64,000 bases of DNA, from NCBI GenBank assembly GCA_030248215.1, contig JASANG010001414.1:806001-870000 (forward strand), read 5' to 3'. Position 1 is the first letter of the stretch; each line of letters begins with the position of its first letter. This document shows positions 11,290-24,837 of this stretch, piece after piece. A program made the position numbers and the translations under genes. The notes beneath the pieces are model-generated. The model searched no databases. It saw only the letters and a program-made list of their open reading frames with translations, and had not been told where the DNA came from. This stretch comes from Enoplolaimus lenunculus (taxonomy: Eukaryota).

Positions 11290-12025
11290 CGCGTCCTAGC
11301 TATTCCGACCAACTCAGCGAAAACAACCTCGAAGCTGTCCCAACAAACCCAGCAAAACATAGGGTCGAAGCTGTCCCGACCAACCCAGCAAAAACATACG
11401 CTTGAAGCTTACCCGGCCAACCCAGCAAAAACATACGCTTGAAGCTGTCCCGACCAACCCAGCAAAACATAGGCTCGAAGCTGTCCCGACCAACCCAGCA
11501 AAAACATAGGCTCGAAGCTGTCCCGACCAACCCAGCAAAAACACGCTTGAAGCTTACCCGGCCGACCCAGCGAAAACATAGGCTCGAAGCTGTCCCGACC
11601 AACCCAGCAAAAACATAGGTCGAAGCTGTCCCGACCAACCCAGCGAAAACATAGGCTCGAAGTTGTCCCGACCAACCCAGCAAAAACATAGGCTCGAAGC
11701 TGTCCCGACCAACCCAGCAAAAATATAGGTTCGAAGCTGTCCCGACCAACCCAGCAAAAACATACGCTTGAAGCTTACCCGGCCAACCCAGCGAAAACAT
11801 AGGCTCAAAGTGTCCCGACCAACCCAGCAAAAACATAGGTCGAAGCTGTCCCGACCAACCCAGGAAAACATAGGCTCAAAGTTGTCCCGACCAACCCAGC
11901 AAAAACATATGCTCGAACCTGTCCCGACCAACCCAGCAAAAACATATCCTCGAAGCTGTCCTAGCTGACCCGGCCGACCAAGCAAAACACAGGCTCGAAG
12001 CTGTTCTGGCGGTCCCGCCCGACCT
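11290..12025 (-). repeat. Minisatellite array 2: reverse complement of array 1, 36-37-bp unit, about 20 copies
   Basis: GGCTCGAAGCTGTCCCGACCAACCCAGCAAAAACATA repeated. A variant unit ACGCTTGAAGCTTACCCGGCC recurs at about 11398, 11543 and 11765. Confidence 0.95.
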
Positions 12026-12059
12026 GGGAAAAGTAAAAATGTATAAACGTACAGGTTTT

Positions 12060-12480
12060 ATAAATTTATGGTAGGGAAGGAACAGTTTGGTTTGTCTGGC
12101 TGGAAAATTGCAATGTGTGGTTCGGTTCGAAAAACGGGAAAAGTTGAAGTCAAGCACAGGAATATATATGATTCCTTTTGGAGATAGGGAAAGTTAGAGG
12201 TGTCATTGAGGTTTGCAAAACGGGAAGAGCGGAAAATTTGAACCCTCGTTTTCATGGTGGTTGGTAGGGAAAAGCTGAAGGTAAGGTTTTGTTTGGAAAA
12301 CGGGAAAGTAGAAAATTTAAAACGTAGGTTGTCCGTGGTTAGGCTGGGTAAATCTGAAGCGTAGGTTTTGTTTGGAAAATAGGAACAGTGGAGAATTTAA
12401 ACGCCTAGATTTTCCCTTGGTTGGTAGGGGTATTCTGTGAAGCGAAGGTTTTAGAAAATGGGAAAAGTAGAAAATTAAAC
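12060..12480. repeat. Degenerate tandem repeat of roughly 80 bp
   Basis: Recurring GTTTGGAAAACGGGAAAGTAGAAAATTTAAA..GGTTGGTAGGG..CTGAAG..GGTTTT blocks, with related sequence at about 8760-8860. Boundaries approximate. Confidence 0.6.
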
Positions 12481-14555
12481 GACTAAAATTACCCAGCCGA
12501 AATTATGCTTGTGATTGTTCCTACCAAACCAGCAAAATTCCCAGCCGTCATACAGGAGTGGCTATACCTTCATATTTTTTTCCACAAACTAAGAAAATTT
12601 ATACGTTTGAATTTTCCACTTCTCCCCCTACAAAACCTAAGAATATCTAGGCATTTGAATTCTAGCAACTTTGTAGTTTTCCCTTGACACTACGCAACTG
12701 TGGGGCGTTAATTTTTCACTTACAACATAAAATGTTTTGGTTTCCTGTTTTTTTCGTTTCTAGTGCGAAAACTTTTCGTCAATTTTGCGTTTATGATCCT
12801 ATACGGGACTGCAGCCTCTCTGCACCACATGCGACTTGAAGGGATACTAAGCAGGATGGAAGGCTGCCGCCCCCAGCCCTTTGCAATAAATATTTTATTA
12901 TTGAAACTGCTAAAATTACAAAAATACTTTAAACACTTTGGTGCTTTTTGTATGAGAACCACTTCGTGCGTTGGGCATGGGCGCCGTATTCTTCTTTCCT
13001 AGTATCTCTTCAAATAGCCACAATTTGTCTTAGACGTGAAAGGCTGTCTCGGTGCTGAGTTTTTTACTGTGGTGGAAGCGGAGCCCCATCCTGTAATAGT
13101 ATCTCTTCAAACCGCAGGGTGTCCCACAATTTGTCTAAATATACGTGAAAGATTGTGGCGGGGTGAACTGTGAACTATTCCATTAGATGGGAAACTAAAA
13201 AAAGTGCCTGAATTCTATATCTTTTAAATTTTGCACTTTTCCAGCTTTCCTCTTCCTACCAAAGCAGCAGAGTCTCTAGCGGTCATACAGGAGTGGCTGC
13301 GCTGCTGTCCTGGTCGTAATGTTTTACACGTGGAAAACGGGAAACCCCTATGCTATACATGGGCCAGATTGTCATCATGCTGGTACACAAAATCTGAGAT
13401 GTGAGTATTGTTTGTAAGCGGCAGTGGAAAGTTCGGACACTTAATCGTCCTACTGCATAGAATTCTTAGTTTTCCCAGGAAAGCTGTTAAAGCAAACAGA
13501 TTGGTTTAGAAACGCATCCCAAGTTTTCTTGCAATTCCCGAGAAATAAAACCTATTAATGAGTGTAACATTTCCGTTTGCGAACTTTACTTACACTTACG
13601 ATTTTCGCTATAAAGGAAACATATGGATTTGTCACTTTCGCTTTTTCTGTTTTCCGAGCGAAACGACGCATGCTATAATTTCTCAGCAAAACCACGGATC
13701 CTCCGTGATCCTAGAAGGGAAAACAAATGCAGTTGAATTTTCCTGTGTTCCCGATTTCCAAACCGGATGGCACAAACCGGAAAGAAAACGTATGCGCTTG
13801 TGCTCTAATTTTTCTGCAAAACTAGAGAAAAGCAAGCCTACAAACAGAAGTTACTAGACACATTTATAGCCATAGGTTTTGCGCCTCAGAGAGTTGAAAG
13901 TCTTGTGCTGCATATTGGTGAACGTAAATAGCATTGTATTTTATATTTCTGCAGGCTGCTGGATAATATATTTTCTGCTTTTACCAAAATGGTTTTTGTA
14001 CTGAATAAATAAATTTATTAGCTGGATAGCTAGCTTAACTCTCAGTGTTCACATAGCTATGTAGTAGTATGTGTTGTTATATTCTTTAGATGCGAAAAAA
14101 GTTGGATTAAGCATTTAGCTAGTTAGTATTTAGTATTAGATAGCATTGGCATTGAACGTGATACCAGTTTACCTGCCTTATCACTTGAATAATTCTGCTG
14201 TTTTGAATTGTTAAGGGTTTAAAAATTTTCCTGCTGTGAATTTCAAATTTGCAACTTAGAGAGTTTAACCGGTAATTTTAAAAGTATAGTTTACCGTGTG
14301 GATAATTTCTTGAATGTGAAATGTGTTTAATTCAACTCGTCTGGTTGATGCAGTTGTTATGTTTTAGTTACATAGTTTAGCTTGTATATAATTGGTACAA
14401 AACAACTTCAGATATGTGTGAACAACACAACATATCGACCAATTAGTGAGTGTAAGGAGCTTGGTGTATTTACCCTCTATACATACGTTCCTTTGTTTTT
14501 GATCTCGTATGATGCTGCTGCAGTCTTATTACACTAAGCCAAAATCAACAACCGA

Positions 14556-14700
14556 ATGATGCCTTCACCGGTGCGCGAATATGTCTCCGATAATGAACCA
14601 ACCTCTACGACGAATATTAATTCAGTAACGGGTGCTGTGACATCGCCTACTTCGAGTGTGAGCGGATCTTGTGTCACTGCTGCTGGCCCCGGTCTTACAG
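14556..14700 (+). CDS. Probable first coding exon of plus-strand gene B
   Basis: ATG at 14556 with an in-frame TAA shortly upstream. Reads MMPSPVREYVSDNEPTSTTNINSVTGAVTSPTSSVSGSCVTAAGPGLT. Donor CAG|GTATA, phase 1. Confidence 0.7.
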
Positions 14701-15001
14701 GTATATAATGTAACTACTATAGATAGTCCAAGTTACACGTCATGATGAACCGCTGTCAGATTTACGACTTTTGCTTCTCGCAAATTTTGTTGCGTTTTAA
14801 GCGAAAAGTTGATCTGAACGGAACTAACACTTTCGGCTTTTATTTGTTGGTGCTCACGGACTAGTTGTCGTTTGTCTTCAGACAGTTCAAATATTGCCTT
14901 CAGTCTTAAATTTTGTACACATAGTTTGTATTTTAGCAGACATTTCAATCCATAACAATGGTTGCGGTTTAACCATTATTTAACCTTTTCGCAAAATACA
15001 G

Positions 15002-15312
15002 GTTCATCAACAAGCAGCTATGATGTTGATGTTGTGGATGACGGAGTTCCAGTAGTCGTAACATCTTCAACAGTTGGATCTACGGATGAAGTTCGAGTGT
15101 TCTCGCAAGAAGAAGATTGTGACGATGATGATGACGATGATGATTGTGAGGAAACTGCAAACACGACTGCTGGATCGTGTGGTGGCAGCGGAAGTAGTGG
15201 TGGAGGGGTTGGGAAACGCTCAAGGAAAACTAATCTGCAAGAAGAAATTGATGACATTGTATCGGTTGACGATCCGCCTCCGACTGAAACACATTCGTTG
15301 GTTGCTGCTCAG
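15002..15312 (+). CDS. Gene B exon 2: acidic, Ser/Gly-rich, with a short basic KRSRK patch
   Basis: Acceptor aatacag|GT matches phase 1. Donor CAG|GTAGG, phase 0. Reads GSSTSSYDVDVVDDG..EEDCDDDDDDDDCEE..GKRSRKTNLQEEIDD..AAQ. Confidence 0.8.
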
Positions 15313-15593
15313 GTAGGCTAAAGGTTACAATTTGAGATGTGCCGATCCCGATACCACATGTTTTGTCGATGCCGATACCGATGCCGATTATAGTTTGAAA
15401 ATATGCCAATGGCCGATACAGATTCCAATTTTAATCCGCGATGCTTAAAGAACAGATTGGGTAGATCAAAGATTATGTTATGAGAACGGGCCATTTCAGT
15501 TAATTTTAGACAAAAACGCAAAAAAGATATTAACAGTTTTTCTGATTAGACGCATTGATATACCCCAACGAGTGAAATTAATAGCATTCCAAC

Positions 15594-15942
15594 CAGGATG
15601 GCACCGAATCTACGAATTTACCGAATCCGAATCCATTGCTAATTTGCCGAATCCGAATCTTGCACGTTGCAAATTTAAGTTATATATATAATTTGTTTCA
15701 GAATATCGACGCAATGCCAGCCGCATAACTTTTAAACGTTAATATTTTTCGGTCGCGACATCAGTTTTGAGATTTGTGACCTGAAACAAAAATTTTTTAT
15801 TAATATATCAAGATATTCAAAATTTTTATTGTTTAATACTGAAAAACATATTGCCGAACACTGTTGGATTCGGCTTTTTCACATCCGAATCCGAACAGCA
15901 AGTTTTTGCTGAATCCGAATCTGAACCTTTGCGTCCACCATG
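15594..15942. mobile_element. hAT-like MITE family G (GAATCC repeats); relatives at 46703-47008 and about 23585-23760
   Basis: CAGGATGGCACCGAA..CCACCATG and TAGGGTGGCACCGAA..CTACCTTG termini, with shared CCGAATCCGAA motifs. TSDs are decayed. Confidence 0.6.
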
Positions 15943-16117
15943 TTTCCATTTCATTGTTAACTTGTGTTAAGTGTAAAAACAGCGAATGCTAATTGCAAAT
16001 CAAACAATTAACCAAATAATGCAGTGATATTATACAGTTGAACGAATGCAGGTCGAAGATTACCATATGTGCTTACTTTTTTCGCTAATAAATCGGTAAT
16101 AATTATCACCACTTTAG

Positions 16118-16196
16118 GCCGGTCAAAAGTGTATTAACTCAAGAAATCCTGCTGGAGCGTTTTCCATGAAGTCACCAGGATTGTACGGTCATACAG
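16118..16196 (+). CDS. Gene B exon 3
   Basis: Acceptor actttag|, donor CAG|GTGTG. 79 nt, phase 0 to phase 1, which exactly bridges exons 2 and 4. Reads AGQKCINSRNPAGAFSMKSPGLYGHT. Confidence 0.75.
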
Positions 16197-16472
16197 GTGT
16201 GTGTTTTACCTTGTTGTTGTCTGTGTAAAATATTGTACAGTATTAAGAATTATATTTAAATGACACTTTGGAGCTATCGGTGTTTTCTTTTAATATTATC
16301 TTACTCATAGTTTTTAAAAAGTACAATATTGATACTCGATAACTGAATAGTTAATTTGGATATGCCTCGATTATGGTAATTCGAAGAAAAGGTAACGAAC
16401 GTTTCCGCAAGTAATACTTGAATGGGGAAATGGTTTCGCGCCGTTTGTTTGTTTACTTTTTTTATGTTTTAG

Positions 16473-16639
16473 GATCGACTCATCAGGACCCAAGTGCCTT
16501 ACTTGCAGCGTTTGCAGCAGCAAATTCATCAATGCACAGTCCGTCGGGACCAAATTTCATGTCACCTTTGAGTCCATACTGGCACCATGGATCAGCTCTG
16601 ATGAACCAGCTTTATTCCAGTGGAATTTACGGAAACACG
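16473..16639 (+). CDS. Gene B exon 4
   Basis: Acceptor tttatgttttag|, donor ACG|GTAAGT, phase 1 to phase 0. Reads GSTHQDPSALLAAFAAANSSMHSPSGPNFMSPLSPYWHHGSALMNQLYSSGIYGNT. Confidence 0.8.
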
Positions 16640-18999
16640 GTAAGTTTTACTTTTTGGCGATGTTTTTTATTGGTATGTTTTTAATCAGAAAGGAATGACA
16701 ATTTAATATTTTCATGTAGTAGTCTAGGTATGTACCTTTGTATTTTTTGCCTTCCTCAGTTTTGTACAATGTTATAGAAATGTTTAGTAATTTATAACGT
16801 TTGTCTCGCTTGAACGCGTACTTTTTGTATAGGGCCACAAAGAATCGTATTGTACTTGAATTAAACTCTGGCGTCGTCCCTGTCACGATGCATTCAGATG
16901 TAAAAAATAAGGGGTCTACCGGGATTCCTGTTCTGGCCGGAATTCTTGCGAAAATAGATTCCTGCTCCGGCATTGAAGAACACAGAAACCGGAATTTTTA
17001 CGGGTTGTGCCAAAAACATTAAAAAATTTTGTAGTTGCTGAATTATTATATAGATATATAAACTAAAAAGGATGTCTTTCATTGCGATCTGGTTAGTTTA
17101 GAAGTTATTGGATTAAAATACTTGATGAAGAAAAACTCACGAAAAACTTGTTTAAGGTACTTTTTTACTAGTTGGTTAGAAAGTAAAACAATAATTCGCC
17201 ATTGAAAATTATTTTAATGGCTGGACTTTGTTCCGGCAAAAGATGAACTCCTGTTCTTGTACCTCTTAGGTACAATTTAGTTCCGGATTCAATCCTGGTA
17301 AAATATATATTAACCGGAGCTGGATGGTGCCATAATATTTTTGCCTAAGGCAACATTTGCATTTACCTATTATAATTTTGACCGTTTCTAAAGGTAAGTT
17401 TAGTTACGTGTATAAAACATGTAGGTATACATAGATGTACGCCGCGCATTTGCGCGTATATATTTAGCTTTATTTCTGGCAGTATTATTGACGTCATTTT
17501 TTGTAAAAGCTTTCTTTCATTATAGCCAATTGTTACTTACACCATGAATGTTTGTTTAGATGTTTTAACTTCTGCAATTTCAAAATTCAAATTTCCTCCG
17601 CTTTGTCCTATTTATCATTAACGCTCATTACGTAGTTGCTGCATCAATTATTACGCTATTGTACTTGTTCATCGTTTTCATCATTTACGTACGTACCTAC
17701 TCGCCGAGTAAACACGTAATATGGCATTATGAATAAAACGTATGTTTTGGAATGTCTATGGCTGGATACGTAGAGGTTTGCGATCTTATGTACATATAAA
17801 TACATTACGTATATGCGTTGTTAATAGTTTTACATTTTATTTTTGCATTGGCTATTATTCAAGGCCCTCGTGCTGCTAATATGTATCATTGTACTTTGCG
17901 CTTAATTTTTTGCCATTTTGGGTAAATTTTTAATATTGGTACTTCGTAGTACATATTGTATTGTAGGGAGCATATGACTGGCAGACATACATAAGCACGT
18001 CTGGTGCACACGCACGGTGAAGTTCTGTTCTAAAGTTAAGCGTGTTTCTGTTTCGATTAAAATTTGAATAAAAATTTTATAGTTAAAGAACAGTTGATTA
18101 AATGCATAGACGAGTGCGCGTATGCATGTGAATATTACGTATCGGTTGCCTTTCTGCTTGTACTTTTTTCTAACGAAACACGATAGGTTAGTGAAATTGC
18201 TCACAACCAAACAGTGGAAATTTAGATTTAGCGGCAGCTTGCGCGCAGTACATTTTTGTGTGTTGAACTGGAATGTTCTGATATTGCGTGCAGATAGAAG
18301 CGAATAAAAATGAGCATACATAGCGATTTAATAGTCTAAAATAACCAAAATACAGTTGTTGATTTACGTACATATCGAATAATTGTATTTGTGCTGGCAC
18401 AAGCATACGCGTGTTGTAATAGTTTTAGTGATTGTTATAGGGCGGCATAATAGGTAAAATCGTAATCATATTCGCATATGTGTAACCTAATGAAATTTAG
18501 ATAAAAGGCTTTGAACTAAGCTTAGCAGTTTGCTAGATTAGCGCAGGCTGTCAAGAAATTTTAGCTGAATAACTGCTGTAAACTTTACGTCAGCATTTAG
18601 ATAAACGCCCTTTACTTAGTGTTGACATACATATGTTTAAACAATTTGTAGATTTGGCGATTGAAACTGGAAATAATTGTACACTGTACACCCAGTGTAA
18701 GCCTTTTTTGGCTCAGGCTGTTATAGTAAACTTGAATTGGAGACTTGAAGTACTTACATAAATTGTATATATACAAACGAGTTAAAGTACGTACGTTTTG
18801 GTGTGATTAGCAAGACGTTTTAGGCAAAGATTAAGCGCGAATTCAGAGTGTACGTACCAGAAATGGAAGTCGGGCGGCCTGTGACCATTCTGCCACACTC
18901 TACGAGGGTTTTTTTCAATGCTCACATGGGGCACCGCGAAAAGTCCATGCTGTATCTGTCCCGCCAAAATAGCAGTTATATAACAAGCAGTTAGAAATT

Positions 19000-19733
19000 T
19001 TTGCCGAAGCCGATCCCAACTTTAGTACACCATGCGTAAGAAAGTATACTACATTTCATCATTATGTGAAGACTTAAGCCCTAACCGCCATAAACGATTA
19101 CAATTTTTATGAATGGTTCATTTCAATTAATTTTTCAAAAACAAATGCAAGAGAGATAACAGTTTTCCTAATCAGACACGTTGATATGCGTCCAGAAATG
19201 AAACTGATATATAGCATTCAAAAAGACTGTTATATGCAAAACGTATCGGCAAGGAATCGGCAATTTTTTTGCAGTGCCGATGCCGATACTCACGAAAAGT
19301 GCCGATTATTACCAATGGTGATTAATCGGCACATCTGTAGTATTTTGTCAGCTAAATGTAAATATTCGTAGTAGGAATGTGCCGATATTATGCCAATTTT
19401 TATTTTGAAAATAAGCCGCTACCGATTTCAACAGATAGGATACAAGATTTTATTATTTATATATTATAATGCGAAAACTTAAACCCGAACAACCATAAAA
19501 GATTATAACTTTATGAGCACGATTCATATAAATTATTTTTTCAAATACAAACGCAAGAGAGATAACAGTTTACTTGGTCAGACTATACGCCAGCAAGTGA
19601 AATTGATAGCATTCCAACTCATTGTTATGTGAAAAAGTATCGGCAAAGAATCAACGAGTTTTTATAGTGCCGATGTCGATACACAAGAAAAGTGTGTCGA
19701 TTATTACGGATGCCGATTAATCGGCATGTCCGT
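19000..19733. mobile_element. Two adjacent direct copies of MITE family B (first lacks its left end)
   Basis: The blocks ACAAA(T/C)GCAAGAGAGATAACAGTTT and ..GATTAATCGGCA(C/T).. occur twice, ending at about 19338 and 19733. Confidence 0.75.
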
Positions 19734-22700
19734 CTTTAATTAAATGCAATTGACTGTTCGTAATTAATTGCGTTTTTGACAATGAGCATACAAGACTGGT
19801 CAACGAATTTATTGTAATTAATTTGGTAAAAACACGACTCACTCATCGGTAACTTTAGACCCGTGTTAAAAGGACCAAAAAGAAAGCAAACCTGGTACTA
19901 GGGTGCAGTCGGATACCAAAGACTACCGTAGACAGTGTTGCGTACTTTAATATTCGGGTCCGTCATTTGTTGGTGCCGGACATAAATTCATATTCGAAAA
20001 AAAGAAAACTTATTTCACCGTATATATGTAACATATATTTATATATAGGTATTTAAGTGCTTTTTAATACGTTTTAGTTAACGATGTGACTAAAATTTTC
20101 AATTTTTAAATAATAACGCATTGTTTTTGTTTCTGAGGAATATTGAAAATTACTTGTCATTAATTTTTGAATATTTTGGTGTTTGTGGTTGTGCGACTAT
20201 AAACATTATATATAACCAGGTTGCGTTGGAGGTCTCAGGATTGTTTCGCGGAGGCAGGGGTAAATATATTTCATTTTTATTCTTTCTGATCTGTTGTTTT
20301 AACTTGAACTATGACTTAATTTTCTGCTAAAATTACAAATTCAGGTGTCTATGGAATATTAGGGGCGCTTACCCTTTTTGCTCGCTCTTGCCAGGTTAAG
20401 GTAACCTTTGTTGCTGTTATATATAAAAACACCAATAAGGGAATACCTGTAATTCGATGATATAATTTAAAATCCTTTCATCTTTTGCGACTTCACGGCT
20501 ACCGAGCGTTTGGCTAATGTTTAGCGGTAAATAAATTGGCAAGCTAGTTATTGAGGTCTATATATGATATTTAAACTTGAGTGCAACTGATTCAGTTTGG
20601 TTTGCTTCTAGTCGCAAGTTATCAATATGTGGACGTGGTAGGGTTTTTTGACAATTAATACATATATAATTGAAATCACACCAGTCAACAGCAAATTAAT
20701 ATTTAGGTACTGCTGTTGAAAAAAATGCGTATAGCACAAAATGTGGTTTTGGTTGCTTTATAGCACTTATATATACGTATAGCTTTAATGTTAAAAATTC
20801 AATCGGAGTAATTACCTTTGCATTGATAATGGCGTACGCAAAGGCAGGTTACATAACAGAGATGTTTTTAATAATTAGTTACAGTTAAAGCTTCAGATAG
20901 AAATAAGTATACGTATTACATGTGACGAAGAACAATAGTATATACTGAAGCAAATGCGTCGTATAAACTAATACGTCATATAAACTTATTTGCTCTTTCA
21001 AGTGAGCGACTCGTGTAGATGACAATTTAGTTTTAGAAAAACACATTTTCTTGTAACTATCAGCAACAAAATCTACAATTCGTTACTCGACAACATGTCG
21101 GCCGATAGTGTCTAAATCCTTAGCTTCAGCATAATCCTAAATCTAAGCAAGCATTATGATGGGTGATAACTTATTCAGTCGATGACATTTCGTATTATAA
21201 AGTTGAAGGTCGACAGTGGCTGTAAAAGGATTTTAGAAGGTAGCTAAAATGATAAATTTGCCTCCGCGTGATTAATTCTGTTTCAGATATTTTGAAATTG
21301 AAAACACTACTAACATCTTGGTAATTTTAGACCAAGTTCCATCGGGAGGGTTGTACTTCTTGCCACAGTTCGAAGAATTTTTTCACTTAAAAACTGAACA
21401 TGATCCTAATGTTTTAAAGATAGGAAAAATTTTCTGTCTCCATCTGTATTCTAGCAGCTCAGAATGTGTGAAATATAAATTGGCATCAAACATTGCCAAG
21501 CGACTAATGTGTCATTCACAAAAATCTATTTCAAGAAAATCATGAAATAAAATGGCGATTTAATAACTTGAAATGAGACTTCATGTCTCTGCGTCCCGAC
21601 CATTCCACCGACCATTCCACTCATTCTTAATTAATCATATAAACATTCGTAATCGTAACTTAAGTATACCTACGTAGGTTATTTATCACTCAAAGGTGAA
21701 GCTGGTTGACTAACTTTTACCTTCTGCAATTTGGTTTTTTATACGTCATGACATACCATGGTTGTTTTTAGAGACATATTGCAAGTGTTTTGTTTCTAAT
21801 GTATTTAACGCAGTTAGCGTTGGTTGTGCAAGTATCTGATAAATTCTTTAACCTATTTAATTTAGGCACAATACAATTGCTATTCAGAATGAAGGCGCGG
21901 GATGTTAAAATCACTAAGCTAATTTTGTCCAGACTATTTTGTCCGGGTATTTTTGTAATACCCGGACACGAATCCGGATGATTTGTTGTGAAAATCCAGT
22001 ATCTCATACGTTTGGTGGAGCTATGTTGGACAGAAATTTGTCACTTGGGCATAATTCTGACAAAAGTCAATGAAATTATAAAAGTAGGATGTGTAAGGAT
22101 ATCCTACGACCGAAAAACTTGACGTATTGTATAGAATTAATTTGGTTTATATGCTAATGATTGGATATATACCGCTTTTGCCAAATTGTGATTCAAAAAA
22201 TGGAGGGGCAAAATTACTTTTTTGCAGAAAGTAGAGAGCCATTGCCCGTTTGACCCCGTCGACGAAATGATTGTTAATAATTGCTTAGACGTTTGAGAAT
22301 ACGGGCACATGCCTCTGGAATAGTGCTAATATATACGTATGTGCGTGGCAATAAGCGATACAATGCTAGGACTGGTTTATTATTATTTATTACGTATTAT
22401 CTTTGTTGTTGTACGACGATGAATGTGAAGCAGACAAATATGCTTAAACTCAAGTGCTTTTCAAAAAGGTCCTTTTCACGAACGTTTGAACTGCCTTTTT
22501 GCCCCCTTTGTACACAACTGGTGGAAGAAGGTATTACAATATTGCTACATTAATACCGTGAATAGCTTAGAAACAACTACGTATATACTGTCTGTTTGCC
22601 GACGAAATGCTTTTATAATATTGGTGCGCGTGCTGTTTTGAACTGCATCAGAGATACAGAGTTAACGAACGAATGTAGTTTATTCTTCTTATGATGTGGA

Positions 22701-24837
22701 CAATATTGCAGTGTGTGTTTTGTGGAGCAAAGAGTAGTAAGTGGTTTTTAAATGGTTTTAAATCGAGTACCACGAGTTAAGCATTATAACAAGAGTTGTA
22801 GATGATGACGATGATTCGAAAGACTTATATATATGTTATATACTGTTGAATTATGCTCGCTCCCACGACATCCATATCAATTGAGATTAAAAGTTCGGCC
22901 GTATTTGTCAATCCGCATATACGTATTATTATTTTATGTAACGGTAGTTTTATTAAAACTTTTAAGTAGAACAAGGCAGGCAAACAACAAGCAGGCGCAT
23001 TTCACTGCAATGTATATATAAGTGGATTATTGAGTGGTTTAATCATCGTTACATCATTTACTCGTCTTGCTGGACTGAGATGTGTATCGAATTTTAGATC
23101 TGCCACCTTAGCGCTAGGGGTGGGACCGAGACGCTTTCCCGATATTATGAAAGGTTATTGTTCCGAGTGATTTAGTGAATTTCAGTCGTTGACACGGGAT
23201 GGGAGTCTCAGTCTCGGGAAGTCTCGGCATTTGGCAACCAAATGTATCGCTGTATTGTTGAAGTAAACGGTGGCTGATGAACAAAAATTTCGCTGTGAAC
23301 CTATGTTTTTCATAGTTGTCGTAGTAATTGATATTCTGAAAAACATAAAACTATTTGTACTCAGGTCTGTATATATCTCAGTCGGTTTGTAACTGAGACA
23401 GCCGATCCTTGGCTATTGGTGGCGTTTTTAGGGCAGTTTGGTAAGATAGTGCTTGCACACTACTCCCATAAGCGTAAGGCAGGGCAGCACCAAGCCACGC
23501 CGTCACGTATACGTATAATTAAAAGTGTAGTTGTTTGATGTGCTAACTTAGCAAGCTGAATCATATGAACGCAAGAGAAACAGATGAATTTTGAAATATC
23601 GAAATCCGAAATCGTTGAAACATGGATCACGTTCCAGAACCGCAAGTGCTAAACGTTTTCGGAAAATGATTGTTGTGTTCCAGCACAGGTGTTATCGAAC
23701 CTTGTTAGATTCGACTGTTTCAACCCCGAATCCGATGCAGAACCTTTAATCGGTGCCGGATACAGAAATTTCTCAAAGGTGAATGGCGCACGAGATATAA
23801 ATAATAATGAAGAAACTCGCGAGCCAAGCGAATGAGAAACCAAATGTTATTTTAGTATTAAACTGTAATCCAAAATCTGGCCTGTGTGGTCTCCCTTAAA
23901 TCCGCCAAAATGACACTTACGTACTGGTACTATTAAATTTTTTTGGCAACCTTGACTTCTATCTAGTAAACTTGTTAAGTTACGTACATACCTATTTTTA
24001 TATACGTATTAGTTTGAGAAATATGTATCGAGAAAGTTAGCTGAAGAATAACGTACAACGTAAGAATAATGAGTTTCTGAATAACTAATTGAGTGCGATG
24101 AATTGTTTAGGTTCACTTGGCGGATTCATCAAAGATTCCTGTTACATAATAGTTTAATAGTATATATAATGTAGAGATTATTGGCTGAAAAATGATCATA
24201 CTTGTACAGGCGTTTGTATAGGCATTATATATTATGCAACATGTATATAGACCAATGTCATTAGTTATTGACACAGACACGGATGTAGCCGTAATTTCAT
24301 TTCGGGAGGAAATGACACCATATTAAACTTTTTTGCGATAAAGCAAAAAAATTTTCGACTAAAACCTCCATCATATTATTCTAAAGCCAATAAATGCTCG
24401 TTTTTAATTTGTCTACCAATTTCTGGGAGAGAATAGATATTCCTTGTCTCCCTCTCCTAGTATACGGCTCAGAATAAGTGCTTTCAGCTTTGTATGTATG
24501 AAAACAAACTGGTAAGAAGGTATTCGGCGAACTTAGAGGACATTTATAAGTTGTACGTACGTTAACATGACTACAGCTCCAGTAAATTTTTGGGTCTATT
24601 TATAAGGTCAGTACATAGATGTTGATAAACCAGTAGCAGAGATACAACACAATTTCGTCAATAAATTTATGCAACATTCAGATGCCAAACTGTATCATAT
24701 CGATAAAATCAACGTCTAACCACCACTGCTCAATAGTAGGGGTTAAACGGTTGTCTGGCTCCGGCAAAAAATAGACATCTTGCTGTGGTATTCTAAATTG
24801 TCGGATATTTATTGTTGGAAAATGTTAATAATAAAAC

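Noticed and set aside
9050..12025. 37-bp repeats with a partial palindrome as a possible CRISPR array
   Set aside because: Units are contiguous with no unique spacers, there are no cas genes, and the context is eukaryotic.
8930..12157. Long ORFs (352 aa and others) with repeated CWVGRDSFEP / FAGLVGTAS / LLGWSGQLR peptides
   Set aside because: They are translations of a 37-bp repeat that cycles through all three frames. The same peptides occur in overlapping frames and in both arrays, and there is no splice-site support.
18846..18971. Open frame after ttcag that would continue gene B in phase 0 for 41 codons
   Set aside because: The polypyrimidine tract is weak and the frame is short enough to arise by chance.
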